Positions 22,156 to 34,900 of a stretch of DNA of 64,000 nucleotides are shown piece by piece (the first letter of the stretch is position 1; each line of letters starts with the position of its first letter). Below the pieces are notes generated by a model. That model did no database searches and was not told the DNA's origin. It saw only the letters and a list, made by a program, of their open reading frames with translations. A program made the position numbers and the translations under genes. The stretch comes from Mobula hypostoma (Eukaryota): positions 122,824,001-122,888,000 of the forward strand of contig NC_086097.1 of assembly GCF_963921235.1 (NCBI RefSeq). The letters are read 5' to 3'.

Positions 22156-23829
22156 AATAAATTTACTTTGAAATCTGTTAATGACAGCAGTCAAAGGAGG
22201 ATGGCCAGACTGGTTCAAACTGACAGTAACTCAAATAACTTTGCACTACGTCAATGGAGAGCATCTGTGAATACACAACACATCAAAACCTGAAGTGGAT
22301 TCGCGACAGCAGCAGAAGTCCACACCGGCTTCCACTCCTGTACCTAATAAAGTGGCCTCTGTGTGTATCAGATCCAAAGAAGGCTTGATAGGGCAGATGC
22401 TGAGATATTTCCACTCATCAGAGAGTCAAGAACAAGGGGCATAGCTACAAAGTAATTGATAGCTTACTTAAAACTGACGTAGAAACTGCTTCTTTCCATC
22501 CCCAGGATAGGTTGCCAGCAGGCCGCCAGCATTTGGCCTCTGGCTCCCAAACTTGCAGATGTTAGGCCTCTAACCTCCAGACTCTGACATGGACTCCCAG
22601 ACTTACAAATTTCAGCCCTCAACCCCAAGCCTCTAACCCAGACTTGCCGACTTCTGCCTTTGACCTTTCAGGCTTTCCATCTCCGGTCTCACTGAGCTCT
22701 GGACTTCATTCCTGTGCTCAGTGCAAACCCAATGTGTTAAACGAGGAACATTTCAGGTTGAATTTTTCCTCCCTACTTAAAGGGACAATCTGGCGATGTT
22801 GGAAGATCAGGATGACCAGCTCCAGATCTGACCACATGTTCTTTAAGATCCTTACAAAGTTTTTGGTGTGTGTTACACATGATGAGGTGCATTCTCTACC
22901 ACAGGGTGTACGAGAAGCTCCTTCCATGTTTAGTGATGACATTACTCATAGCATTCCATTGTTGTGGCCTTGTCTGGGAACCCAGATCATGGACATCAGG
23001 ACAAGAGGCAACATCATCCTCATCAGAATATAGCCTCCCCCCACCCCCGAAGGATATTGAAACACGTCACATAAACTAATCTTGAACAGAAGAGATTCTG
23101 CAGATACTGGAGACCTTGAGCAACGCACGCAAAGTGCTGGAGGATCTCAGCCTGTTAATTGATGTTTCCAGAATCTGATTAACTTTTTGAGTTGATAAAC
23201 TAACTGACCTACTGAACAATGTGATCAGATATGATAATCTTCCAAGCTTGTGGATGTATGATATTCCGTGGGAAGACCATTTGTTACACTCATGGTGCCT
23301 GGACCTAAGGAACTTGCTTAGATAGGCATCTTGGTCAGCATGAACCAGTTGGGCTGAAGGGCCTGTTTCGTGCTTTACTGCGCTGTGATATCTTTCTCCA
23401 TTAAGGTCAAAGTCCCATTCCTTTCTGCAGAATCTTTCTGAGTGCCCACAGCAGATTTCTGCCACGTCTCATGAGAGATCACTGGGCACTGGATAGGTTA
23501 TTTCACCTGTCTTGATATCAGTGAAGAAAAGCTGGCACTGGGAATTCCCATCATTACTGACATCCCACCAGTGCAGGCAGCTATGTAGTGATAAAGGGTT
23601 CCCTTAAATACCAAACACTTTAAGGAACAGGAAATTAGCATTGTACTGCTGCACAGTTCACCTTGACATATCTGGTGTGTTTGTGACATTTCCGTGTGCA
23701 CTGCTCCACTGTGCAGGAGTTCCCAGTGCTGGAGGTCCTGATGCAGAGTCTTAGCCTGAAACATCGATCATCCTTTCTGCCTCCACAGGTGCTGCTTGAC
23801 CCATTGAGTTTCCCCAACAGTTCGTTTAC

Positions 23830-24630
23830 TTTCAGAATCAGGTTCACAATTAGAATCAGATCTAATATCACTGACACTCTGTATGTTGTGAAATTTGTTG
23901 TTTTGCAGCAGCAGTACAGTACAACACGTACAAATATTCTATGCATTACAGTAAGTAGACCTTAAAAAAGTTAAGTTGTGCAAAAAGAGAGCAAAAATAG
24001 TGGTGTAGTGTTCATAAATTGGTTCATTTTATGTTCAGAAATCTGATGTTAGAAGCTCTTCCTAAAACATTGAGTGTGTATCTTTAGGCTCCTGTACCTC
24101 GTCCTTGATGGTACTAAGAAGAGGAGAGCATGTCCTGGGTGCCACCTTTTTGGAGGCATCGGCCTTTGAGGATGTCCTTTAATGCTGGGAAGGTTAGTGC
24201 CTGTGACGAGCTGGCTGAGTTTACAAGCTTCTGAAGCCTTTCCTGGTCCTATGCAGGGCTCCTCTATACCAGACAGTGATGCAACCAGTCAAAATCCTCT
24301 CCATGGTACATCTGCAAAAAATTGTCACTCTTTAGTAACAAACCAAATCTCCTCTAATTCCTAATTAAATATATTGGCTGATGTGCCTTCCTCCTAATTG
24401 CATCAACCAACACGTTGGACGCAGGCTGGATCTTCAGCGATGTAGACACCCAGGTATTGAAACTGCTCACCCAGGCATTCAACTGCATTGAAACTTGATG
24501 AGGACTGATGCGTGTTCTCTCAACGTCTCTGTCCTGAAGTCCACAATCAATTCCTTCATCTTACTGAAGTTGAGTGCAAGATTGTTGTTGTGCTACCACT
24601 CAACCGGCCAATCTATCTCACTGCTGTATG
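23830..24630 (-). mobile_element. Rex1/Babar-like LINE 3' fragment
   Basis: NNLALNFSKMKELIVDFR and PSRTRYRSL motifs on the minus strand; tandem AGAATC tail. Confidence 0.65.
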
Positions 24631-24964
24631 GCAACCCTGCTTAGTCATCTGGCATCAATACAGAGATTTCTTTCCTGGCATGACTTGGATACACAAGGAC
24701 AGAAATCCTTGGAGTAAATCATAGAATCCTCTTTATCTCTCTTCCAGCCTCTGTCTCCTTCTATCTCATGTGCTGTGGTTGTGTACGTCATGGGAGTCTG
24801 TTTATAAAGACCTGACTGCTGTAGGTAGGTTAGCTACATTGAGTGTGGTACCATCACATATGGTCCTGCATAAAACTTGCTCAGAATGAATCCTTTGAAT
24901 TAACTTTAGCTTTTGACTTACTTCATCTGTGAGGTACCTGGTGTGGCTTCATGCCAAACACAGA

Positions 24965-25785
24965 AATGAAATTTAATGTGGATAAATGTGAAGTTATCCA
25001 CTTTGGTGGCAAAAATAGGAAAACAGATTATTATCTGAATGGTGGCCGATTAGGAAAAGGGGAGGTGCAACGAGACCTGGGTGTCATTATACACCAGTCA
25101 TTGAAAGTGGGCATGCAGGTACAGCAGGCGGTGAAAAAGGCGAATGGTATGCTGGCATTTATAGCGAGAGGATTCGAGTACAGGAGCAGGGAGGTACTAC
25201 TGCAGTTGTACAAGGCCTTGGTGAGACCACACCTGGAGTATTGTGTGCAGTTTTGGTCCCCTAATCTGAGGAAAGACATCTTTGCCATAGAGGGAGTACA
25301 AAGAAGGTTCACCAGATTGATTCCTGGGATGGCAGGACTTTCATATGAAGAAAGACTGGATGAATTGGGCTTGTACTCGTTGGAATTTAGAAGATTGAGG
25401 GGGGATCTGATTGAAACGTATAAGATCCTAAAGGGATTGGACAGGCTAGATGCAGGAAGATTGTTCCCGATGTTGGGGAGGTCCAGAACGAGGGGTCACA
25501 GTTTGAGGATAGAGGGGAAGCCATTTAGGACCGAGATTAGGAAAAACTTCTTCACACAGAGAGTGGTGAATCTGTGGAATTCTCTGCCACAGGAAACTGT
25601 TGAGGCCAGTTCATTGGCTATATTTAAGAGGGAGTTAGATATGGCCCTTGTGGCTACGGGGGTCAGGGGGTATGGAGGGAAGGCTGGGGCGGGGTTCTGA
25701 GTTGGATGATCAGCCATGATCATAATAAATGGCGGTGCAGGCTCGAACGGCCGAATGGCCTACTCCTGCACCTATTTTTCTATGA
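24965..25785 (+). mobile_element. CR1 LINE, 5'-truncated, young (open ORF2 C-terminus)
   Basis: ORF 24951-25700 uninterrupted: MKFNVDKCEVIHFG..RDLGV..LYKALVRPHLEYCVQFWSP..RRLRGDLIE..LWNSLP; CR1 3' hairpin and tail. Confidence 0.95.
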
Positions 25786-25794
25786 AATAAACAT

Positions 25795-26112
25795 ACCATA
25801 GAGTCATACAGCATTACAGCATAGAAATAGGCTCTTTGGCCCATCAAATCCATAGTAAATTATTAGTCTGTCTGTTCCCATCGAGCTGCACCTTGACCAT
25901 GGCCCTCCATTCCCACCCTATCCATGTACTTACCAAATTTCTCTTAAACGTCAAAATCAATCCCAGTTTCACAACTTCCCCTGGCAACTCATTCCACACT
26001 CTTACCACCCTCTGAGTAAAGATGTACCCTTTCCTTAAACAGCTCACCTTTTACCCTTAACCTATGACCTCCAGTTCTAATCTCAACTAACCTCAGTGGG
26101 AAAAGCCTGTTT
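25795..26112 (-). mobile_element. CR1 LINE 3' fragment
   Basis: FTQRVVRVWNELPGEVV on the minus strand. Confidence 0.8.
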
Positions 26113-28393
26113 CAAATATTTCACCAGGTCTTTGAAAAATCAGTTCCCTCTAATAGGCTGAAGGTTAACTGAAGTTGTAATATTGATTTGAGAAGATTTC
26201 ATCTAATCCTTAGTAGGCCTGTGTCTATAAAAATGTTTAAATTAAGCAGAAATGGGAATCTCAGACTTAGTACTGGGTGGCTGATAAAGTAAATGGAAAT
26301 ATAGTACAATATATTAATATCTTTAATATTTGTAATCCAGGGAGTGTGAAGCGCAGAATCAAATATCACTGTGATGATTGTACGTTCTAGTACCAATTGT
26401 TTGGCGACAATAAAGTGTAAACTATATAATAAATATCAGACTTTGATAAGGATATGGAAAATGTGATCTTCGAGACTTGTAGAGTCATAGAGAGTCACGG
26501 GGTTGTAATACACAGAAATGAGCCCTTCGACCCACTAGATCCATGCTGACCTCCTTGTTCATCTACTTTAATTTCAATTGTCTGCATTAGAACTCAATCT
26601 TTTTTTGCCTTCCCAATCTACAGACCACCTAAATGCACTCATTTTATCTGACTCTTCCACTTCCACCTCTGGCATGTTAAAAAAAAAACACCTCCTCAGA
26701 AGTGGATAAGTCTCCAGGTCCTGACTGGATATTCCCTAGGACCTTGAGGGAAGTTAGTGTAGAAATAGCAGGGGCTCTAACAGAAATATTTCAAATGTCA
26801 TTAGAAATGGGGATGGTGCTGGAGGATTGACGTATTGCTCATGTGGTTCCATTGCTTAAAAAGAGTTCTAAGAGTAAACCTGGCAATTATCGGCCTGTGA
26901 GTTTGACATCAGTGGTGGGTAAATCGATGGAACGTATTCTTGGAGATGGTATATATAATCATCTGGATAGACAGGGTCTGATTAGGAACAGTCAACATGG
27001 AATTGTGCGTGGAAGGTCATGTTTGACAATTCTTACTGAATTTTTTGAAGAGGTTACTAGGAAAGTTGATGAGGGTAAAGTGGTGGATGTTGTCTATATT
27101 GTCACGTGACTGGCAAAAATAATATAGAATTGAGTCAGGTTTTATAAAAACAATCAAACATTTATTGAGCTCTGCTCAAAATTAGTAAAAAGATAAACAA
27201 ACGAAAACCTTAACTGGAAGTAAACTGCTATGCGGCCATTTAACAAACCACTAAACTCAGTACAAGTTCTTAAAGGGGTAAATGCAAAAACAGTCTTAAA
27301 GTGGTAAATTCAAACAAAGTTCTTCGAATGGTAAATTTGAAAGTCCAAGAGATTTACACAGTCAATTAGGAGAGACCTTCCTGAAGTAAAGAATTACTCG
27401 AAGACACGACGTCACTGTCAATCCCAGCCGGATCCTGCCTTGTCCGCAGGATTCACGACGACGGAAATAAAATGGTTTAAAGGCACTGACTTTTACTTCT
27501 GGATACTAGATACTGCACAGCCTTTTCTGCTGCTTTTAGCAGAGGCTATCTCATGCAGATCACTCTTACTTGGACCAATTCAATAATGGTCGATTCTCCC
27601 CAAAACCATCGAAAGACTCCTTCAGGTTCCCGTCTTCACTCTCCAATATTACTGAAAAGGTACATCAACAAATCTGGCAGCTATTGCTGAAACTGACGGC
27701 CCAGCACTTCTATACCTTACAATAGAAAGTAAAACTCTGTTTTAAAACTATACTGCTTCATGAGATTAATAAGCAGCATAGCGGAGTATTTGACTGACGA
27801 TCTAACTGAAAACTAACTGCGTCACCAGGGTTCTACACTTAAATGCCTGGTGAGAACAGGTCATCACGTGATCGCACATCGGTGGGAAAATTACATCATG
27901 TGACCTCCACAAGACCATTACATCTGTCACAATGGTGGGGCATTGGGAGCAAGGGTGGACCCAAATGCAAGACACATCTTGTGAGGTTAATTAAATTTAG
28001 TTTATTGTTCAAAACCAGGAGAGCAAGGCAGAAGTAGGAATAGCGGACTGAGGACTACAACTAGACTGGGACCAAGGGTCTGGACTAGGACACGGAATCG
28101 GCTCCCAGAACTAGAGGAGACATGAAGAGGCTAGGGTATAAACTCCGAGCCCAAGACTGGGCAAAGGTCTTGCCTCGGGCTCGCACCCCAGAACCAGGCA
28201 TGGTCATGACATAGGCCAGGAAGAGGAGGAATATGGAAAACAGAGCCTCGGTCTCGGGAGAGCAGGTACATGGAACCATGGACACATACACAGAACACAG
28301 AGTCGGGACCCCTCCTTGGGTACAGGACATAGGTCCGGGACTCGCACACAGAACAGAGAGCCGGGACCCCTCCTTGGGTACAGGACATGACTC

Positions 28394-28675
28394 ATGACCC
28401 TCTGCGGGGCAACAGCAACATGGCCTGACTTACCCCACGGAGGTGAGGACAAGACAAGAGAGAACATGACCCCCTGCGGGGCAACGGCAAGACGGCCTGA
28501 TCTACCCCACGGAGGCGAGGACCAGACAAGACATGACTCCCGGCGGGGCAATGGCAAGACGGCCTGACTTACCCCACGGAGGCGAGGACCAGACAAGACA
28601 AAACATGACCCCCTGCGGAGCAACGGCAAGACGGCCTGACTTACCCCATGGAGGCGAGGACAAGATAATTCAAGA
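28394..28675. repeat. ~70-bp tandem repeat x4 within LTR
   Basis: Unit ATGACCCCCTGCGGGGCAACGGCAAGACGGCCTGACTTACCCCACGGAGGCGAGGACAAGACAAG..; only 3 copies in the partner LTR (~29981-30200). Confidence 0.9.
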
Positions 28676-30377
28676 CCAACACGAATGAATATCAGATAGT
28701 ACCTATCTAGCTCTGGCGATGGAACTAGACTGAAGTGCAGGCGGGGGCTGCAGACGAGGGCTAGAGGCGAGAGGGGCAGAGAAGGGATTCAGACAGGGGG
28801 GCAGGACAGGAATCACAGACCACCAGGGCCAGGACGACTCAGAACTGGGAAGCTGCCAGGGCCAGGACTTGACTTGGTGCTAGAATGCCGCCAGGGCCAG
28901 GACTTGACTTGGTGCTTGAGCGCCGCCAGGGCCAGGACGAGGTACTTGGAACCTCCGGGTAGTGGCGAGCTCTCGACCGGACCCGGGAACAGTAGACAGC
29001 GGTTCTTGATTTCCTCCGCCAGGTTAACTGATGGACCCACCTTGATGAGGAAACCTCGCAGGCTCGCCTCGTCGAGGTAACTGGACTGGGTTGCTCCAGT
29101 GAGGAAGGGCGAAATATCGGCACTCGCTTCGACAGAGACTAGGCTTGCTCTGGCCAGATGACATCGGCATGCCGTACCTTTCGTGACTTTGCAGGTGCTC
29201 CCACGCCAAACGGCTGAAAGCCGGAGACTATAAACTACCAATTCAGCCGAGCGTTAATTGCCTCTAATCACCAAAGTCGAGGGACACAGGAAAACAGGGA
29301 ATCAATGGTCCAGATCGTAACATAAACAAGGTAAATTTAAAGGGACACCGATCCGGACCATGATAGTACCACCTCCCAATGGGAGCCTCCAGGCGACCAA
29401 CAGATTTGCCTGTATTATCGATGACCCTGGTGGGTGGGGGGGGATTTGGCCGGAGGTCAAAACAGAACAACACAACCTTGACTTTCAGGCTGACAAGAGT
29501 TTGGAAAAACAGTTTGTGTCTGCTGGGTCCATGTTTGGCGGGAGTGTTCTGTCACAATGGTGGGGCATTGGGAGCAAGGGTGGACCCAAATGCAAAACAC
29601 ATCTTGTGAGGTTAATTAAATTTAGTTTATTGTTTGAAACCAGGAGAGCAAAGCAGGAGTAGGAATAGTGGACTGAGGACTACGACTAGGCAGAGACCAA
29701 GGGTCTGGGCTAGGACTCGGAATCGGCTCCCAGAACTAGAGGAGACATGAAGATGCTAGGGTATGGACTCCGAGCCTGAGACTGGGAAAGGACCCAATAC
29801 CTGGGTCTTGCCTCGGGCTCGGACCCCAGAACCAGGCATGGACATGACATAGGCTAGGGAGAGGAGGAACATGGAAAACAGAGCCTCGGTCTCGGGAGAG
29901 CAGGTACATGGAACCATGGATGCATAGAAAGAGCACAGAGTCAGGACCCCTCCTTGGGTACAGGACATGGGGCCGGGACGCATGAGCCTCCGCGGGGCAA
30001 CGGCAAGACGGCCTGACCTACCCCACAGAGGCGAGGACAAGACAGAACAAGACATGACTCCCTGCGGAGCAACGGCAAGAGGGCCAGACTTACCCCCACG
30101 GAGGCGAGGACCAGACAAGACAAAACATGACCCTCCGTGGAGCAACGGCAAGACGGCCTGACTTACCCCACGGAGGCGAGGACAAGACAAGACAAGACAA
30201 ACACAAATGAACACCAGACAGTACCTATCTAGCTTGGCTGATGGAACTAGACCAAAGTGCAGGCAGGGACTACAGACGAGGGCTAGAGGTGAGAGGGGCA
30301 GAGAAGGGATTCAGACGGGGGGTAGGACAGGAATCACAGACCGCCAGGGCCAGGAATTGACTCAAAACTGGGAAGCT

Positions 30378-30640
30378 GCCAGGGAAAGGACTTGACTTGG
30401 TGCTAGAATGCCGCCAGGACCAGGACTTGACTTTGTGCTTGAATGTCGCCAGGGACAGGACTTGACCTAGTGCTTGAATGCCGCCAGGGCCAGGACTTGA
30501 TTTGGTGCTAGAATGCCACCAGGGCCAGGACCTGACTTAGTGCTAGAATGCCACCAGGGTCAGGACTTGACATGGTGCTAGAATGCCGCCAGGGCAAGGG
30601 CTTGACTTGGAACTTGAATGCCGCCGGAGCCAGGACGTGG
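30378..30640. repeat. 35-bp tandem repeat x7 within LTR
   Basis: Unit GCCAGGGCCAGGACTTGACTTGGTGCTAGAATGCC; only 2 full units in the partner LTR (~28855-28925). Confidence 0.9.
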
Positions 30641-31159
30641 TACTTGGAACCTCCGGGTAGTGGCGAACTCTCGACCTGACCCAGGAACAGTAGGCAACGG
30701 TTCTTGATTCCCTCTGGCGGGTTAACTGACAGACCCACCTTGATAAGGAAACTTTGCAGGCTCGCTTTGGCGAGGTAACTGGACTGGGCTGCTCCGGTGA
30801 GGAAAAGCGAAATACCGGCACTCGCTTTGGCAGAGATTAGGCTTGCTCTGACCAGATGACATCGGCACGCCCTACCTTTAGTGACTTTGCAGACTTTGCA
30901 GATGGTCTCGCGCCGAATGGCTGAAAGCCGGAGACTATAAAATACCGGTTCAGCCAAGCGTTAAGTGCTTCTAATCACCAAAGTCGAGGGACATGGGAAA
31001 ACAGGGAATCAACAGTCCGGATCGTAACATAAACAAGATAAATTTAAAGGGACCCCGATCCGGACCATGACAACATCATCCTCACAAGACAATCACAAGA
31101 TATCCTTGAAGTATGTAACATCTCCCTCAAAAGAAAAATTTGGTCTTCTTAGGAGCAAA

Positions 31160-31990
31160 GGATGGTACATGGAGTTCAATGTTGAAAAATGTGCAGTGCT
31201 ATATTTTGGTAGAAATAAGTAAAATAGGACATACATGGTAAATGGTAGGGCATTAAAGAATGCAGTAGAACAGAAGGATCTCGGAATAATGGTGCATAGT
31301 TCCCTGAAGATGGAATCTCATGTGGATAGGGTGGTGAAGAAAGCTTTTGGTTTGCTGACCTTTATTAATCAGAGCATTGAGTATAGGAGTTGGGATGTAA
31401 TGTTGAATTTGTGTAAGACATTGGGAAGGCCAAATCTGGAGTATTGTGTACAGTTCTGGTCACCGAATTATAGGAAAGATGTCAATAAAATTGAGAGAGT
31501 ACAGAGGAGGTTTACTAAAATGTTGCCTGGGTTTTATCTCCTAAGTTACAGAGAAAGGTTGAACGAGTTAGGCCTTTATTCTTTGGAGCATAGAAGGTTG
31601 AGGGGGGGACTTGATAGAGGTGTTTAAAATTATGAGGGGGATTGATAGAGTTGACATGGTTTCACTTTTTCCATTGAAGGTGGGGAAGATTCAAACAAGA
31701 GGACATGGGTTGAGAGTTAGAGGACAAAAGTTTAGGGGTAACATGAGGGGGAACTTCTTTACTCAGAGAGTGGTAGCTGTGTGGAATGAGCTTCCAGCAG
31801 AAGTGGTTTAGGCAGGTTCTAGGTTGTCGTTTAAAGTTAAATTGGATAGATATATGGATAAGAAAGGAATGGAGGGTTATGGGCTGAGTGCAGGTCGGTG
31901 GGACTAGGATAGGGTAAGAGCTCGGCACGGACTCGAAGTGCCAAGATGGCCTGTTTCCATGCTGTAAATGTTATATGGTTATATGGTTAA
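31160..31990 (+). mobile_element. CR1 LINE 3' fragment nested in the Gypsy 3' region
   Basis: ORFs 31235-31627 and 31611-31811; GTTATATG tail. Same subfamily as the outer CR1. Confidence 0.92.
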
Positions 31991-34900
31991 TTAACTATTT
32001 ACAAAAAAAAATACAAATGTATAAAATTTACAATATACACAGCATACGCAGTATCACCACACAGCCTTTTACAAACTAATATACAGTAGGAGTGTTACAA
32101 AGGTTAAAATATCACTCCATAAAAAAATCTACATTGTACCTTTAACATCTAGATAGACAATCAGTGATCACATTATCTTTACCTTTAATATGAGTTATCA
32201 AAATATTATTCTCCTGTAACATCAAATTGCTAAATTGGAGTTTGATTTATTTCCTTAATCATTTTCTTTAACTGAGCCCGGACCAACAACATAACCAAGG
32301 TAGGTTACCATGGCATGACCAAATTCACCTTTAGCTAAGTTAATAGTTAAGTTAGCTTTTGAAAGTCTCTCAAATAGTTTCTCCACCACAGTAATATGTG
32401 CTTTCCAATTATTATTTCCTGTAACTAAATCATCAATCTAGGCATCTGTATCTTTTAACCCATGAATCACACTATTAATCATCCTTTGGAAAGTACCTGG
32501 TGCATTCTTCATCCCAAATGGAAGGCCATTATATTCATATAACCCAGATGGGGTTACAAATACAGAAATCTCTCTACCTCTATCTGTCAATGGAACACAC
32601 CAATACCCTTTTAACAAATCAATCTTTGTAAGGAACTTTGCTTGTCCAACTTCACCCGCACAATCATCTACCCTAGGGATTGGATATGCATCAGTTTTTG
32701 TCACAGCATTCACCTTCCTGTAATCTGTACAAAACCTAATACTATTGTCTGGTTTAGGTACCATAACACGCAGTGAACTCCAATTCGAATTAGGAGGTCT
32801 AATAATATTATTCTCTAACATATACTTAATTTCTTGTTCAGCAAGTTCACATTTTTCCTTATTCATCCGATACGGATGTTGTTTTATGGCAGTTGCATCT
32901 CTAACATCTACATCATGTGAAGCTACAGTGGTTCTTCTAGGAACATCTAGAAATAAATCCCTATATTTAAAAATTAACTGTTTCATTTACTCTCTTTGTT
33001 CTGGCTGTAAATAAGCTAATTTCTCATCAATATTTTCCAGAATTGTTGAGTTTGGTAATCTGGCTGAAATAATGTTGGGTTTAAAATGAGTTTCAGATGA
33101 ATCATCCATTAAGTTTTTAGAAAGATCAGACTTATTATTGACCACAACAGTCATAGTAGCAGCCTCTTTCTCACAATACAGTTTTATTATATTTATATGA
33201 CACAGCTGTGTTGGCTTTCTTCGATCTGGGGTTTTTGTCACGTAATCCATATGATTTACTTTAGATTTAATCTCATAAGGACCATGAAATTTAACTTGGA
33301 ATGGGTTTGTTTGCACCGGGAAAAGAACTAACACCTTATCTCCAGACTTAAATTACCTCATTCTAGCTTCCTTATCGTACCAAGTTTTCATCTTCTTCTG
33401 AGCCAATTTTAAATTTTCCTTGGCCAAGCTACAAGCTTTATGTAATCTTTCTTTAAATTTCAAAACATAATCCAGCAAATTAGTGTGTACCTTTTTATTA
33501 ATCCACTGTTCTTTCAACAAGGCCAAAGGTCTCGAACTCTATGCCCAAACACAAGTTCAAAAGGACTAAAACCTAATGATTCCTGTACTGCCTCCCTTAC
33601 TGCAAAAAGTAGTAAGTGTATGCCTTCATCCTAGTCCTTTTCATTTTCCACACAATACGTCCTAATCATAGTTATAAGGGTAGAATGGAATCTCTCCAAG
33701 GCTCCTTGCAATTCTGGATGATATGCAGATGAGGTAATCTGTTTTGCTCCCAGTTTATAAACTATCTGCTGAAACAATCCAGACATAAAATTACTACCTT
33801 GATCCAATTGCATTTCCTTAGGCAACCCAAAATCAGTAAAAAATTTTATAAGAGCTTTTGTCACAGTTTTGGCTGTTATATTCCTAAGAGGTATTGCCTC
33901 TGGAAACCTAGACGCTGTGCACATAATGATGTCCAGTTTTAGTTTTTGGCAATGGGCCTACACAATCTATAATAATTTTGGAAAGGGGCTCACCAAATGC
34001 TGGAATCAGTTGCAGTGGGGTCACTGGAGTAACTAGATTAGGTTTACCCGCTATTTCACACGTATGACACGTTCTACAAAATGTTGCTACATCTTTTCTT
34101 AAACTAGGCCAGTAAAAATGTTTAAAAACCTTGTTCACAGTTTTCTTTACACATAGATGACCACCCAAAGGCATACTATGAGCCATAGTTAAAATCTCAT
34201 TTCGATATACTTTAGGAACTACTACCTGGTGATTAACTTCCCATTCCTCACTTGCAGGAACTGTAGGTGATTCCACTTTCTCATTAATACTCCCATTTCA
34301 AAATAATATCCTACTGGCACCTTCTCAACTTTACTATCTGGAATAGTTCCTTTAATTTAACTATCTCAGGATCTCTATTGTTCCTTTAATTTAACTATCT
34401 CAGGATCTCTACACTGCTCTGCTATCACCTCCTTCTGAGATAAAGACAAATCTTCATGGTCAGACTAAAATCCTGATCAAATAATGAAGGTAAGAAAGTT
34501 TCTGACACATCCTCAAAATTCAAATCTTGAGTTGAACTGTCATGGGTAACAACCTCATCCCGTACATCAGTCTTTTTAGCCATAGCTCTTGTTACAACAC
34601 AGGAAGAATCTGTGTTAGAATCCTTCTGTGGTTTCTCAGAAATAGGCTTTATTGTCAAATTCACTTCAGGAAAAACTTGTCCACCTGCTAAGTCATTCCC
34701 TAACAAAAGAGAAACATCATTCACAGGTAAACTGGGTTGTAGTCATACTTTAACAAGCCCTGTAACTAACCCTGACCTTAAATTTACTCTATGTAAATGT
34801 ACTGGCATAAGGGCACTCCCAACTCCTCTTATATAGTTTACCTCACCAATGTCAGACTCATCACTAAACTTTAGCACACTGTCTAACATTAGTGATTGAG

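Larger units (their letters stand above)
27925..31072 (-). mobile_element. Non-autonomous LTR element with ~1.45-1.5 kb LTRs and a 184-bp internal region (Sushi/chromovirus-derived)
   Basis: LTRs 27925-29365 and 29550-31072 (TGTCACA..CATGACA); 5-bp TSD ACATC (27920-27924, 31073-31077); minus-strand PPT GGGAGGTGGTAC; internal ATGGACCCAGCAGAC (MDPAD) and PNPPPPTRVID remnants. Confidence 0.88.

Noticed and set aside
30340..30640. 35-bp repeats resembling a CRISPR array
   Set aside because: Units are head-to-tail with no unique spacers, lie inside an LTR, and there are no cas genes; eukaryotic context.
28085..30957. 100-150 aa ORFs in the nested LTR element
   Set aside because: They arise from GC-rich tandem repeats; frames differ between the two LTR copies; no domain motifs.
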